DNA from: Spirochaetia bacterium
GTDB taxonomy: Bacteria; Spirochaetota; Spirochaetia; SP-2023
Reading direction: 5' to 3'
Assembly (NCBI GenBank): GCA_965225855.1
Contig: CBDDCK010000005.1
Span: 1,888,001 to 1,952,000, forward strand
DNA: 64,000 nucleotides
Shown here one piece after another: positions 31,940 through 43,400 of this stretch. A program made the position numbers and the translations under genes. A model generated the notes under the pieces. It was not told the DNA's origin. It saw only the letters and a program-made list of their open reading frames with translations, and did not search any database. Position 1 is the stretch's first letter. Each line of letters opens with the position of its first letter.

Positions 31940-34387
31940 ATGACTTATGCTCGCAATTCAAAAGATCAGTATCTGGTGAATAGTTTGCCGATTTTAATTA
32001 TCTATGCGGAAAGTTCTGTACAACAAGGAAGAGATAAACAAGCTTTGGGGAAACATGCTGATCACAGCTTATATTTGCTAGCTGAAATTCGCGATCAAGT
32101 TAAGTGTGAAGGTTTTTATATCTGTGAGCTAGACAATTATGCTGATTTTTTCGATTTAGGTTCACAGCAACATTTTTCAGCTTTTATCTTCAATTTGCCT
32201 AGGGATTTATTGCGCAGTAATCCCCTTCAAGGGGCTCAAGGGGCTGTTGAATACCAGTTGCTTGATGATATTATCGCCCATATTCGTCACTATAATGAAG
32301 ATGTGCCGATTTTTTTGTATGGCAAGCAAAGTGAATACAATTTGCTTAGTGAAGATGTTATTCGCGATACCACAGGATTTATTTACTACGGGGAAGATAC
32401 AGTAGAATTTACTGCGCGCTACGTCAGCCGAGAAGCGCGATATTACTTAAAAACTTGCTTGCCGGCATTTTTTCGCAATTTGATGGAATATGTCTATAAT
32501 AGCTCCTATTCTTGGCATTGCCCTGGCCATTCTGGAGGTACGGCTTTTTTAAAAAGCCCTGTAGGCAAAATTTTCCACCAATTTTTTGGCGAGAATTTGC
32601 TGCGCGCTGATATTTGCAACGCCGTGGAAAGTTTGGGCCAATTATTAGAGCATACAGGGCATATCGGCTCTAGCGAGCGCAATGCAGCCCATGTGTTTTG
32701 CGCTGACCGTTTGTATTTTGTAACCAATGGCACCTCAACTTCCAACAAAATTGTGGCGCACGCAAATGTTACCCAAGGAGATTTAGTACTGGTTGATCGC
32801 AATTGCCATCAAAGTATTTTGCATGCAATCATTCAAACAGGGGCTATTCCGATTTTTTTGCAACCGAGTCGCAATGCTTATGGCATTGTCGGCCCAATAC
32901 CAGAAGAACAATTTCATGTCAAATGGATAGAGAAGGCTATTGAACAAAACCCTTTGGTAGCCAACGCTCGTAAAGCTAAATCAAAATTAGATGTAACAGA
33001 CCAAGAGAAGAAACTTCAGCCATCTAGGCTGGCGCCTAAAGCCATGTTTCTTACCCAAAGTACCTATGATGGTATTTTGTACAATACGGAAACCATTAAA
33101 ATGCAATTAGATAATTATATCCATGTATTGCATTTTGATGAGGCGTGGATTCCCCATGCTGTGTTTCACGATTTTTATTTTGCGATGCACGCAATGGGCT
33201 ACCATCGGCCAGCAACTCAATATAGTACCATTTATGCTACGCAAAGTACCCACAAATTATTAGCTGGCCTTTCTCAAGCTAGCCAAATTTTAGTGCAAAA
33301 TGCAACGGCTACGCCGTTAGACCCTGCTCCAATGGAAGCTTCCTTTTTGATGCATACTTCGACTAGTCCGCAGTATTCGATATTGGCCAGCCTTGATGTA
33401 ACTTCTGCAATGATGTCTGGAGCTAACGGTTATGCGATTGTCGAAGAAGCTTTAGTAGAAGCTCTATGTTTTCGCAAGGCTTTGCGAAAATATGGTGAAG
33501 GTTTAGGGCCAGGGACTTGGTGGTTTCATGATTGGGGGCCACAGTATTTTAGCGAGGTAAATCCTTGCCCTGAATGGTTTGGTGAAATAGCAAATTTAAG
33601 TATGTCTGCACTGGAGTATAACAATAACGCAAACCAATGGCAGAAAGAATGGCGGCTAGATTCTAGCTCTAAATGGCATGGATTTGGGCACGGTAGCTCC
33701 GATTTTAATATGTTGGACCCGATAAAATGTACTTTGCTAACCCCAGGTTTAGACGAAGAGGGCAATTTACAAGAGTTTGGTATTCCAGCCGTAGTTGTTA
33801 GTCGGTACTTACAGGAAAATGGTATGATTGTAGAAAAGACTGGGCTGTATTCTATTTTTATTATGTTTACTATTGGAATAACCAAAGGCCGCTGGAAAAG
33901 TCTGCTCAGCGCATTGCAGCGTTTTAAAGTGGACTACGATATTCAGCAGTCGCTGTGGCAGAGTATGCCTCAACTGTGCCAGCAATATCCACAATATGCA
34001 GACTTAAACATTCAACAACTTTGCCAATTATTGCATCAAGGTTATCGTCAAAGCTGTATTTGCGAGCAGACGAATCGAGCCTATTCCAGCCAATTATTGC
34101 CTAGGTTAACCCCTAGTGAAGCTTACCGTTTATTTGTTTGTGGCCAGTATGAAAGCGTCAATGTTTTACAAATTGAAGGCAGGGTTTCCGCTTCGATGAT
34201 TTCTGTTTACCCGCCTGGCATTCCTTTAGTCTTTCCCGGTGAAATTATTTCCGAGGAAATACAACAGTACTTATTATGTGTAGAACAACAGCAACAGCAG
34301 TTTCCCGGTTTTGAAATTCATATCCACGGCGTGAAAGTTCCCATGAATGCAGAGCATTTTTTGATCAACGTGTTGAAAGAAGATTGA
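31940..34387 (+). CDS. Orn/Lys/Arg decarboxylase (PLP fold I, wing-domain type)
   Basis: WHCPGHSGG, FVTNGTSTSNK, DRNCH.S, HFDEAW, QSTHKLL (PLP lysine), HTSTSPQY, YPPGIP. Confidence 0.92.
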   Translation: MTYARNSKDQYLVNSLPILIIYAESSVQQGRDKQALGKHADHSLYLLAEIRDQVKCEGFYICELDNYADFFDLGSQQHFSAFIFNLPRDLLRSNPLQGAQGAVEYQLLDDIIAHIRHYNEDVPIFLYGKQSEYNLLSEDVIRDTTGFIYYGEDTVEFTARYVSREARYYLKTCLPAFFRNLMEYVYNSSYSWHCPGHSGGTAFLKSPVGKIFHQFFGENLLRADICNAVESLGQLLEHTGHIGSSERNAAHVFCADRLYFVTNGTSTSNKIVAHANVTQGDLVLVDRNCHQSILHAIIQTGAIPIFLQPSRNAYGIVGPIPEEQFHVKWIEKAIEQNPLVANARKAKSKLDVTDQEKKLQPSRLAPKAMFLTQSTYDGILYNTETIKMQLDNYIHVLHFDEAWIPHAVFHDFYFAMHAMGYHRPATQYSTIYATQSTHKLLAGLSQASQILVQNATATPLDPAPMEASFLMHTSTSPQYSILASLDVTSAMMSGANGYAIVEEALVEALCFRKALRKYGEGLGPGTWWFHDWGPQYFSEVNPCPEWFGEIANLSMSALEYNNNANQWQKEWRLDSSSKWHGFGHGSSDFNMLDPIKCTLLTPGLDEEGNLQEFGIPAVVVSRYLQENGMIVEKTGLYSIFIMFTIGITKGRWKSLLSALQRFKVDYDIQQSLWQSMPQLCQQYPQYADLNIQQLCQLLHQGYRQSCICEQTNRAYSSQLLPRLTPSEAYRLFVCGQYESVNVLQIEGRVSASMISVYPPGIPLVFPGEIISEEIQQYLLCVEQQQQQFPGFEIHIHGVKVPMNAEHFLINVLKED

Positions 34388-34511
34388 ACCAACATTGAAA
34401 GCTTGTTTGGTTATAATATACAGCAATGGCCATTTATATCGTTATATTTTAGTGGCTTCCAACAAAGCTAAGCTTTTGCTAGAATTGTTCGAAATTGTGT
34501 ATTTCTAAGGA

Positions 34512-35594
34512 TTGCCTATGTTATTTCTCAATATATTTTTTGATAACTCTATATTTAATGGTGTTTTTGCCTACCTTGAATATCCCAATTGGCTACAGCC
34601 AGAAGTGATTCCCGGCTTTAAAATACCACGCTGGTACAGCCTGATGTATGTACTAGCATTTAGCATAACTTATTTACTAATGCGTTATCAGTATCGCAGT
34701 CAGAAAAATTTAGACATTCCAGAAGATAAGAAACTATTGCCATATCCAGAAGACTATATCCAAAATTATTGCCTTTGGTGTATCTTTTCAATGCTATTTT
34801 TTATTCGGTTTACCTATGTGCTTTTTTATGAATTAGATAGGGCTTATTATTTGAGCCACCCTTGGTTGATCTGGTGGCCTTTTCGTAATGGTGAATTTGT
34901 TGGTTTGCAAGGGCTTAGCTACCACGGCGGCGTCATTGGGATTCTCGTAGGTATGTGGTTATTTTGTCGACACTACCGCCAACCTTTTTTGGTTTGGGCA
35001 GACGCCTTAACGGTGGGCTTGCCGTTAGGCTATACTTTGGGCCGTCTAGGAAACTTTTTTAATGGTGAACTTTATGGCCGTGTAACAACCGTGCCATGGG
35101 GGATGATTTTCCCACAGGCTGAAGCTGTTGGTGATGCGATGCCCACGCGGCTAGAATGGGTTCAAGATATGGCAGCCAAAGTTGGTTTGGAAATTCAAGG
35201 TGCAATGATTAACTTACCGCGCCACCCTTCGCAATTTTACGAAGCTTTTGGTGAAGGAATTTTGTTGTGGTTGGTTTTATGGTTTATTGTGCGGCCGCGC
35301 CGTCCCTATCCTGGTTTTACCTCTGGTTGCTACCTCATCGGCTATGGCCTAGTGCGTTTTATTTTAGAATATTTGCGCCAGCCAGATAGTTATCCCGGCT
35401 ATGTTATCCAATTAGGCAGCAGCTCGGACGTGCGTTATTTTAGCTCGTTTGGGAATATTTCAATAGGGCAATTACTTTCTTTAAGTATGATATTGGGAGG
35501 CTTATTTGTGATAGCGTTAGCTCGAAGTCTCTACCGTTATCGCAATAAGCTGAAAACCGATGCTTGTGAAAATGAAAGAAATACACAAACTTAG
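34512..35594 (+). CDS. lgt: Prolipoprotein diacylglyceryl transferase
   Basis: WYSLMY, GLSYHGG, GRLGNFFNGELYGR, RHPSQFYEA, RFILEYLRQPD. Confidence 0.95.
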   Translation: MPMLFLNIFFDNSIFNGVFAYLEYPNWLQPEVIPGFKIPRWYSLMYVLAFSITYLLMRYQYRSQKNLDIPEDKKLLPYPEDYIQNYCLWCIFSMLFFIRFTYVLFYELDRAYYLSHPWLIWWPFRNGEFVGLQGLSYHGGVIGILVGMWLFCRHYRQPFLVWADALTVGLPLGYTLGRLGNFFNGELYGRVTTVPWGMIFPQAEAVGDAMPTRLEWVQDMAAKVGLEIQGAMINLPRHPSQFYEAFGEGILLWLVLWFIVRPRRPYPGFTSGCYLIGYGLVRFILEYLRQPDSYPGYVIQLGSSSDVRYFSSFGNISIGQLLSLSMILGGLFVIALARSLYRYRNKLKTDACENERNTQT

Positions 35595-35644
35595 GCTCAA
35601 ATTTTGTATTACCCTTAATTTTTTTACAAAAATAGGAAACTGTT

Positions 35645-36130
35645 ATGAACCACAGTATATTATTTATTTGTATGGGAAATATTTGCCGTTCTCCGGCAGC
35701 CCATGCCGTGATGGAGCAGCTCAATCAAAAACACCAATTAGGTTGGCGTATAGATTCTTGCGGTACCCATGCTTATCATAAAAGGGCTTCGCCAGATACT
35801 CGCATGCAAAAAGCTTTACGAGATCACGGCTACCCCAAATTTCAGCACTTTTCCCAGCCATTTGAGCTAGGTATGGCCTACGAATTTGATTTACTGTTGG
35901 CAATGGACTTCCAAAACTATACATATGTTCGAGAAAAATTGTGCCACGATGAAACTTTGCTACAAAAGTTATATTTGTTTCGCTATTTTGATCCTCAAGT
36001 AGCTTCCGAATTTAACAATGATGAAGTTCTTGACCCTTATTACAACGGCGATAAAAGCTTCCAGGAAGTCTACCAGATGATTGTGCGCACTTGTGAAGCC
36101 TTAACAAAGCAGTTTGGCTCTTGTCAATGA
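35645..36130 (+). CDS. Low molecular weight protein-tyrosine phosphatase
   Basis: CMGNICRSP active-site loop, DPYY motif. Confidence 0.93.
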   Translation: MNHSILFICMGNICRSPAAHAVMEQLNQKHQLGWRIDSCGTHAYHKRASPDTRMQKALRDHGYPKFQHFSQPFELGMAYEFDLLLAMDFQNYTYVREKLCHDETLLQKLYLFRYFDPQVASEFNNDEVLDPYYNGDKSFQEVYQMIVRTCEALTKQFGSCQ

Positions 36131-36181
36131 AAATTAATTGAGTTTGGTGAAAATTGAACAAAGTTGAGAATTTTAATAGCC

Positions 36182-36210
36182 TTGACAAAATGAAATAATT
36201 TTTTTATGGT
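36182..36210 (+). promoter_or_regulatory. rpsP operon promoter
   Basis: TTGACA-17 bp-TATGGT. Confidence 0.6.
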
Positions 36211-36281
36211 TTGCGTACATTTGGTATCTAGCTAGTAAAAATAGCTATTGCTAAAAATACAATCGATATTGGAGAACAACT

Positions 36282-36527
36282 ATGGTTAAAATCCGCTTGA
36301 AAAGACTAGGTGCTGTTCACCGTCCCTACTACCGAATTATTGTGATTGATTCTCGTAAAGCGCGCAGTGGTCGTGCTATTGAAGAGCTTGGCTACTATCA
36401 TCCTATTGAAAAAGAAAACCAAGTGAAAATTTCTAAAGAGCGTGCTGAACACTGGCTAAAGCAAGGTGCTCAACCCACAGATACGGTTAGAGGGCTTTTC
36501 ACTAAAAACGGCGTTTCGCTTAAATAG
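36282..36527 (+). CDS. rpsP: 30S ribosomal protein S16
   Basis: [10 protein letters not shown]...[11 protein letters not shown]...GAQPTDTV. Confidence 0.98.
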   Translation: MVKIRLKRLGAVHRPYYRIIVIDSRKARSGRAIEELGYYHPIEKENQVKISKERAEHWLKQGAQPTDTVRGLFTKNGVSLK

Positions 36528-36537
36528 TAGGTGATTC

Positions 36538-36783
36538 ATGAGCCCTAATGAATATGCAGATTTTGTTGCATACATCACCAAATCTTTAGTTCAGTATCCT
36601 GAAGAAGTAAAAGTTGAGTCTGTTGAAGGTGAGCGTTCTGTTATCTTGGAAGTGCATGTATCTTCAGCTGATATAGGTAAAGTGATTGGAAGGCAAGGTC
36701 GTATTGCCCGAGCATTGCGCACGTTGCTACAAGCTGCAACAGCATGCCAAGAAAAGCGTTATGCTTTGGAAATTCTGGACTGA
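36538..36783 (+). CDS. khpA: KH domain RNA-binding protein
   Basis: DIGKVIGRQGRIARALRT; conserved position after rpsP. Confidence 0.92.
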   Translation: MSPNEYADFVAYITKSLVQYPEEVKVESVEGERSVILEVHVSSADIGKVIGRQGRIARALRTLLQAATACQEKRYALEILD

Positions 36784-36837
36784 TTTGAATTGTAAAATAA
36801 CCAGAATACACCAATTTTTGTTATAAACCATTCCCTC

Positions 36838-36866
36838 TTGACGTGTGCTTTAAAGGCCTCCATAAT
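36838..36866 (+). promoter_or_regulatory. Internal promoter upstream of rimM
   Basis: TTGACG-17 bp-CATAAT in the 148-bp khpA-rimM gap. Confidence 0.55.
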
Positions 36867-36931
36867 ATTCTAGCATTTCGTTTTATGGGGTTTGGTTTCT
36901 TATTTTCTATATACAGTTTATTTTCCAAGCT

Positions 36932-37531
36932 ATGGTATGTATTGGTACTATCGTAAAGTCTCATAAAACTGATGGTCATTTTTTGTGCCAGTTGTTCAAT
37001 TCTTTGGAGTTAGATGAACAGGGCCAGCATCGCCTAAGTGAATTGAAACAAGTAGAATTGCGTTCTCCAAGGAAAAAGCATATTTCATCTAAAAGTATAT
37101 TTTTACCATTGGAAGAATTTGAAATTACCGGTCGCAGTGGTTTTCGTAGCGTTTTGCTCAAAAGTCCTTTGTGGGCAAAAGCAGAACAAGTAAAGTTTTT
37201 TCACGGTTGGGAGCTTTGGGCAGAAGACCAGTATGCAAGCTCTTGTGGAGATGATGAATTTTTATATTGTGAATTAATGGATACCAAAGTGTATATCTGT
37301 ACTGATGATATGGTAAAAAATCAATCAAAAGAAAATTATTGTTTACTCGGTTATGTCATTAATCTTTTTGAAGGTGGGGCTCAATTGCTTTTAGAAATTC
37401 AGCTTTGTGTCCAACGATACCCACAACATAAAACTATGTATTTACCATTCCACAGTAGTATTATTGGTAGGGTGGAGCGTAGAGTGAGTATTGAAATTCT
37501 CGATTTGGCATATTTTGAATCGTTGTTATAA
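36932..37531 (+). CDS. rimM: Ribosome maturation factor RimM (divergent)
   Basis: Position between khpA and trmD; IG.IVK.H, DEF...EL, G.V....EGGAQ.LLEI, YLPF. Confidence 0.78.
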   Translation: MVCIGTIVKSHKTDGHFLCQLFNSLELDEQGQHRLSELKQVELRSPRKKHISSKSIFLPLEEFEITGRSGFRSVLLKSPLWAKAEQVKFFHGWELWAEDQYASSCGDDEFLYCELMDTKVYICTDDMVKNQSKENYCLLGYVINLFEGGAQLLLEIQLCVQRYPQHKTMYLPFHSSIIGRVERRVSIEILDLAYFESLL

Positions 37532-37534
37532 TTT

Positions 37535-38431
37535 ATGAAATTTACCTATTTGACGTTGTTTCCAGAGCTTATTGAAGCGTACTTTCAAAATTCTATTATG
37601 AAGCGGGCGGTAGAAAAAAATTTAATTGAATACAAGGTGTTGCAGCTCCGCGATTTTGCCAATGATAGTCCGTACCACGCTTGTGATGATGCGCCTTACG
37701 GTGGTGGTGCAGGTATGTTGCTGAAAAGTGCACCTGTGGCCCTTGCACTAGAAAGTATTTCTGCTCGGGAAAAACTTTGTATTTATCCGTCGCCTAGTGG
37801 CTATCCATTTCAACAAAAAATTGCAAGAGCTTTAAGTTGCTTGGAGTTTTTGAGTCCTCAAAAAGAATTTGAACAGTTGAAAAATAGCGATTTCCTTGCA
37901 AATTTAAAAAATTCTATACAAAATATGCATGAATTTCATTTACGAAAAACCATTGAAAAATTTAATGATAACAATCAAATAAGTCGAGAAATTGTTTTTA
38001 TCTGTGGTAGGTATGAAGGTATTGACCAGAGAATCATTGATGATTATGTTGACTTAGAGCTCTCAACTGGCGATTATGTTTTATCTTCTGGTGAGCTGGG
38101 TAGCCTTTGCTTAACCGATGCGATTTATCGGCTCTGTGATGGGGTAATTAGCAAAGAATCCCTAGCTTCTGAAAGCTTTTCCAAAAATTTGTTAGAATAC
38201 CCTCAATATACTCGGCCTGAATATTTTTGTGGTCAATGCGTTCCAGAAGTATTACTTTCAGGCCATCATGAAAAAATTCGGCTGTGGCAGCTAGAACAAA
38301 GTGTGCGTATAACTTTCAGTCGTAGGCCGGAGTTATTACAACAAGCGCAAGATAACAATCAGTTAAGCTCTGAAGTTTTAGCTATTCTTCAAAAACTGCA
38401 AAATAATGATGCAATGGAAATTACCCAATAA
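37535..38431 (+). CDS. trmD: tRNA (guanine-N1)-methyltransferase
   Basis: TLFPE, DDAPYGGGAGM, CGRYEGIDQR, GDYVLSSGE, EYPQYTRP, VPEVLLSGHH. Confidence 0.97.
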   Translation: MKFTYLTLFPELIEAYFQNSIMKRAVEKNLIEYKVLQLRDFANDSPYHACDDAPYGGGAGMLLKSAPVALALESISAREKLCIYPSPSGYPFQQKIARALSCLEFLSPQKEFEQLKNSDFLANLKNSIQNMHEFHLRKTIEKFNDNNQISREIVFICGRYEGIDQRIIDDYVDLELSTGDYVLSSGELGSLCLTDAIYRLCDGVISKESLASESFSKNLLEYPQYTRPEYFCGQCVPEVLLSGHHEKIRLWQLEQSVRITFSRRPELLQQAQDNNQLSSEVLAILQKLQNNDAMEITQ

Positions 38432-38440
38432 GGAGAAAAT

Positions 38441-38800
38441 ATGAGCATTATGATTTCTGCTTTAGAAGCAGAGCAAATTATTCCCGATCGCAAGAGTTTT
38501 CGTGTGGGCGATACAATTAAGGTCCATTACCGTATTATTGAGGGGAAAACAGAGCGTATACAAGTGTACGAGGGCATTACCATTGGTTTTCGCAATGGTG
38601 GTTTGCGTGAGACTTTTACGGTACGCAAAATTTCTTTCGGCGTGGGTGTGGAGCGTATTTTTCCATTACACTCGCCACGTATTGAGCGCATAGAGGTTGT
38701 TCGGCGTGGTCGGGTGCGGTGCGCTAAATTATATTATTTGCGCAATCGGTCCGGTAAAGCAGCTCGTATACGGGAATTAGTTGGCAAGAAAAAAGCGTAG
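38441..38800 (+). CDS. rplS: 50S ribosomal protein L19
   Basis: [41 protein letters not shown]. Confidence 0.98.
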   Translation: MSIMISALEAEQIIPDRKSFRVGDTIKVHYRIIEGKTERIQVYEGITIGFRNGGLRETFTVRKISFGVGVERIFPLHSPRIERIEVVRRGRVRCAKLYYLRNRSGKAARIRELVGKKKA

Positions 38801-38938
38801 AAAGTAATTATAGCAAGCTGATTTTTTATATTTGGTTTGCTTTCATAAAAATATTAATTTTTTTAGAAATACTATTGTATTAATTATACTATTGTACTAT
38901 TATACTATTAAGCTAAAATCTATGTAGAAGAGGTTTTC

Positions 38939-40462
38939 ATGTTTATTATATATCAATACATAGTAGTATATTTATTTTATCTAATACTTGTATTGCCGGT
39001 TTCTTTATTTTCTCAAGATGTCAATCCAGAAAAGACAGATATTACCATAAGGAAAGCTTTAGCAGCACCGTGGTTAGAACCTGATTTTGAATCTGATCGT
39101 GAAGTTATCCAATGGTCAGATTTCCGCAGTAAAATAAAAGCTGCTCTGCCTAATTATACTCAGGAAGAATTGACGTTAGAGTTAAGTAGATTAGATTTAA
39201 AAGATCAGTATGTTGGCGGTGATATAAATATTGGTGCTTCAGCATCGTATGATTTTAGTACAAAAGAAGCGATGCAAAGTAAAGACTCGGTGACGACTCA
39301 TAATTTAAAAATCAATCCTTCCATTTCTAAGAAATTTTTGCGTACGGGAACAACTCTTTCTGTCAATTTAAATAATACGTTAAGCCAAACAGTTGTGGCA
39401 GGAAAAGACCCAACCGGCTCGACTATGATTAATTCTAATTTTACTCTAAAACAAGATTTATTGAAAAATTTCTTTGGTTTACTGGCTCGCCAAAATATTG
39501 CAAATTCGGAGCGGAATCTAGCTATTGACAAATTAAAACGCCAAAACAATGAACGCAAGCTTCAGAAAGATTATGATCTTATGTATCTCGATTGGATTTT
39601 GTTGTGGCGTAAACAGGAAGTTTTGCAGAAACAATTGGATCGAAGTACGAAAAGCTTGGCGAATGCTAGAGAGCAACGAAGGCTAAATTATATTGATAAC
39701 GGTACTTATCAACAATACTACAATACCCATTTAGTTTACCGTCAGTCGCTACAAGATAATGAACAAAATTTGTTTGCTATGGAGCAAGCTTTTGCTCGTT
39801 TTTTAGGCAACAAACTTTATATACCGGATAAGGACATATTGGAGCCTTTGCTTGAAAAATCAATGCAAAAATTTGAACCATTGTATTTTGAAGATTCTTG
39901 GACCTGGTATATCAACGAGCAAAGTTTAAAACAATCTCAAATTCTCTTTAAATTTAGCAAGTTACAGCGCCTTCCAGAATTGACGTTGAGCACAAGCTTA
40001 GGAGTTAAAGCGCAAGTAAATCATGGTAACAACAGCCAAGGTGATTATAGTTTGAAGCCAGAATTGACTTATTCCGTTGATATAAAGCTTTCTTGGCCGG
40101 CATTGATGATCAAAGCTCGGAATACAATCGCCCGATCGCGTATCAATTTACAAAAATTGGAAACCAGTATTGAACAACAACGGCAGAATTTTGAAATTAA
40201 AGTTGCCAAGCAATATGCTAGCCATAGCTATTTGTTGCAAACCTATGAAATTCGCAAAGAAAAATACAAAGCTCAAGCAGCTATAAATACTTCTAATCAA
40301 ATTAAATATCGTCAAGCACGTTCTAGTATCCGCGATTTAATGGATGGAGAAATTTCAAAATTAAATGCAGAATTAAGTTTATTAAATACTGAAAATCAAT
40401 TGATAGAACAATTGCTAAACTATCAGTATGAAACACGCAATGGTGATATTCTGAATCTCTAA
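38939..40462 (+). CDS. TolC-family outer membrane efflux protein
   Basis: Signal peptide, LKQDLLKNFFG, RLPELTL, coiled-coil/beta alternation; directly upstream of the RND gene. Confidence 0.8.
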   Translation: MFIIYQYIVVYLFYLILVLPVSLFSQDVNPEKTDITIRKALAAPWLEPDFESDREVIQWSDFRSKIKAALPNYTQEELTLELSRLDLKDQYVGGDINIGASASYDFSTKEAMQSKDSVTTHNLKINPSISKKFLRTGTTLSVNLNNTLSQTVVAGKDPTGSTMINSNFTLKQDLLKNFFGLLARQNIANSERNLAIDKLKRQNNERKLQKDYDLMYLDWILLWRKQEVLQKQLDRSTKSLANAREQRRLNYIDNGTYQQYYNTHLVYRQSLQDNEQNLFAMEQAFARFLGNKLYIPDKDILEPLLEKSMQKFEPLYFEDSWTWYINEQSLKQSQILFKFSKLQRLPELTLSTSLGVKAQVNHGNNSQGDYSLKPELTYSVDIKLSWPALMIKARNTIARSRINLQKLETSIEQQRQNFEIKVAKQYASHSYLLQTYEIRKEKYKAQAAINTSNQIKYRQARSSIRDLMDGEISKLNAELSLLNTENQLIEQLLNYQYETRNGDILNL

Positions 40463-40493
40463 AAAATAGATTACGAAATAGCAAGGGAATAGT

Positions 40494-43400
40494 ATGTCTA
40501 AAACAATACATAAGCAGGCTGAGTTTCATTCTAAAGATGGCTTCATCGGTTACATTATTACTTTATTTTACAACAAGAGGTTACTTAGTACGATTATCAC
40601 TATCTCGATCGTGATGATTGGGGTTTTGTTTGCTAGGGGTATTCAGCGGGAGGCAATGCCTAACGTTCAGTCTAATACTTTTCGAGTTACTATTTCTTAC
40701 CCTGGTGCTTCGCCTATTCAAGTGGAGCAAGATGCTGTAATTCCTGTAGAAGATGTAATTAAAGAAATTGCAGATATAAAAAGCTATACTTCGAGTTCTT
40801 CACAAGGTTATGGTACGATTTATATTAATATGAGTGAAGATGCTTCTGATCCTGATGCGGTGGGCGATGAAATTTACCGTAAAATTAATTTAAATAGTAT
40901 TAGCGGTATTTCCTCTGATATTGATTCGATAACAGTCAAGCGTTTTGGTACTTCAGATCAAGAAATCTATGGTATCGTGTTATTTGCTGAAGAAGGAATT
41001 GATGAACTTTTATTTCAGCAGACTGCCAATTCATTGGCAATCCAAATTGAAAATCTCCCAGGAGTGGGTGAAGTAAGAAAAGATGGCTATCATGAGCAGC
41101 AGATTGAAATTAACGTTAGCCCGCGTTTATTGGCGCGCAATCATGTAGATATTAATTCTGTGGTCAATGCTATTAAAAAACGCAATGTGCGCTCTAGTGC
41201 AGGTATCTTAGAAGACCCAGACAATTATAAGGCTATCGTTACCATCAGCGAGTATGAAAACTTGGAAGAATTGCGCAATACCGTGATACGAGCGGGTTTT
41301 GATAGGAATCAAATTTTATTGCGCGATGTGGCGAGGGTCAACAAAGTTTTTCCCGAACCAACTAGCTATCAACGTGCAAATGCAAAACCTGCTATTGTGC
41401 TTTATATAAACAAGACATCTGCATCGGATATTGTCAAAACAACCCAAACGGTAAAGGCATTCTTGGAAAAGAACGCTGAAAACTTTTTGCCTCAAGGTAT
41501 CACTTGGTTTGAATTTTTTGATGAGGGGGACGAGGTCAACAAAGTGAGTCGTGTTTTGATTACCAACGGTGTTATTGGTTTTTTGTTGATTTTATTGGTT
41601 TTGTTTCTCTTTTTAGATTTTACTACCGCATTTTGGACTGCTTGCGGGTTGCCTATCACGATGATTTTGACCTTAGCTTATATGGGGAGAACGGGGCTGT
41701 CTATCAATTATCTTACTTTGACAGCAATGATTACCATGATAGGTATGTTAGTTGACCACGGTATCGTTATTTCTGAAACTATTTTTGCCCGCCGAGCCAA
41801 AGGATTTTCTCCGCTTCGTGCCTGTATCGAAGGTCTGCGTTCGGTGTTTTGGCCTGTGTTGGTTACAGTTTCAACTACGATTATGGCTTTTTTACCAATG
41901 CTAATGGTTGGCGGTATGATGGGGAAATTTACTCGTTTTTTCCCCATCATGGTAACTATTATGCTGTCATTTTCTTTCTTTGAAGCTTGTTTTCTACTGG
42001 TTAGCCATTTATTGCACGCTAAGTCGAATGATGAATCTCCACGCCGATTGCGTAAAGAAGAGCGCAATTTGGTCAAAGGCCGTCTCCCGCAAGACACTTG
42101 GTTTTCACCTACTATTCATGTTTATCAGTGCATGTTGCGTTTTGTTATTCGTTTTCGCTGGTTGAGTTTAATATTTTTCGCAAGTTTTTTAGTTGGAGGT
42201 GTTTTTTATAGCTTACCTGCGATTAAGAATTTTGTGCTATTTGATAACGCTGACTCACCTATTATCGCTATCAATTACTTTCCTCATCAAGATACAACCC
42301 TCGAACAGGGAAGAGACGATTCTTTGGAGTTAGAGCAGCGTATAAAAGATATTACTCCAGAAGGGCAAATTAAAGGTATGACCAATAAGGTTTATAGAGA
42401 TTCACGTGGTACGGTAAAAGGCCAAATGTATTTACGAATGGTAAGCAAAGAAGATAGGGTACTCGATTACGCTACTTATGGCAAATTGCTCAGCGCCAAT
42501 TTACTGCCATACGGCGAACGCAGCCGCAAACAATTGATAGAAATGGCAAAAAAAGAAGAGGTGCAAAGTAACCCATACCAATTGAGCAATACAGAATTAG
42601 AGAGGATTCCTGTCTTATTTGAAAACGTGCGCCTCGGTTGGGAAGGTGGCGGTGGCCCAGGAGGGAAGGCGATTAGTTTCCGTATATATGGTAAGAATAA
42701 TGAGGAACTTCGCCTAGCTGGTGAGGAATCCGTTACTTTATTGGAGAATATGGCTGGTACTATGAATATTGAAAGTAGTTATGATACGCCAACAGAGCAA
42801 ATTCGCGTTAGCATCAACTATCAGCAGATGGCTCGTTTTGGCATACAATTATCCGATGTGAATCAAACTTTGCGTACAGCTTTTCAAGGTACTACGGCTT
42901 CTCAAAATCGCTCTGGGGATAAAACGTCTTATATTGTACGGCTGGAAAAATCGTATCGTAAATCTATCAGAACGATTTTATCGCTTACGGTACAAGCCTC
43001 TACTGGGCAATTTATTCCACTTTCGCGTTTTGCCCGCCTTACAACAGAATTTACGACACCGTCTATCCAGCATTTCAACGGCAATCGTACCATTACTTTG
43101 ACAGGGGATTTAGACCCCAATACAGAAGGGATTACATCTTTATTGATCAGCAATCAGTTTAAGAAACAATTTGCTGCAATTCGTGAAAAATACCCCAGTG
43201 TAACTTTGGAGACCTCGGGTGGAGAGGCAGAACAAACTAATAATTTTGTCGGCGACATCGTACCTGCTTTTGCTGTAGCACTTTTGTTAATTTCATTGAT
43301 TTTGATTTTGCTTTTTGATTCTTTTATACAACCTATGATTGTGATGGGCTCTATTCCTTTTGGCTTGGTTGGTGGTTTAATTGCTCTACAGCTTCACGGT

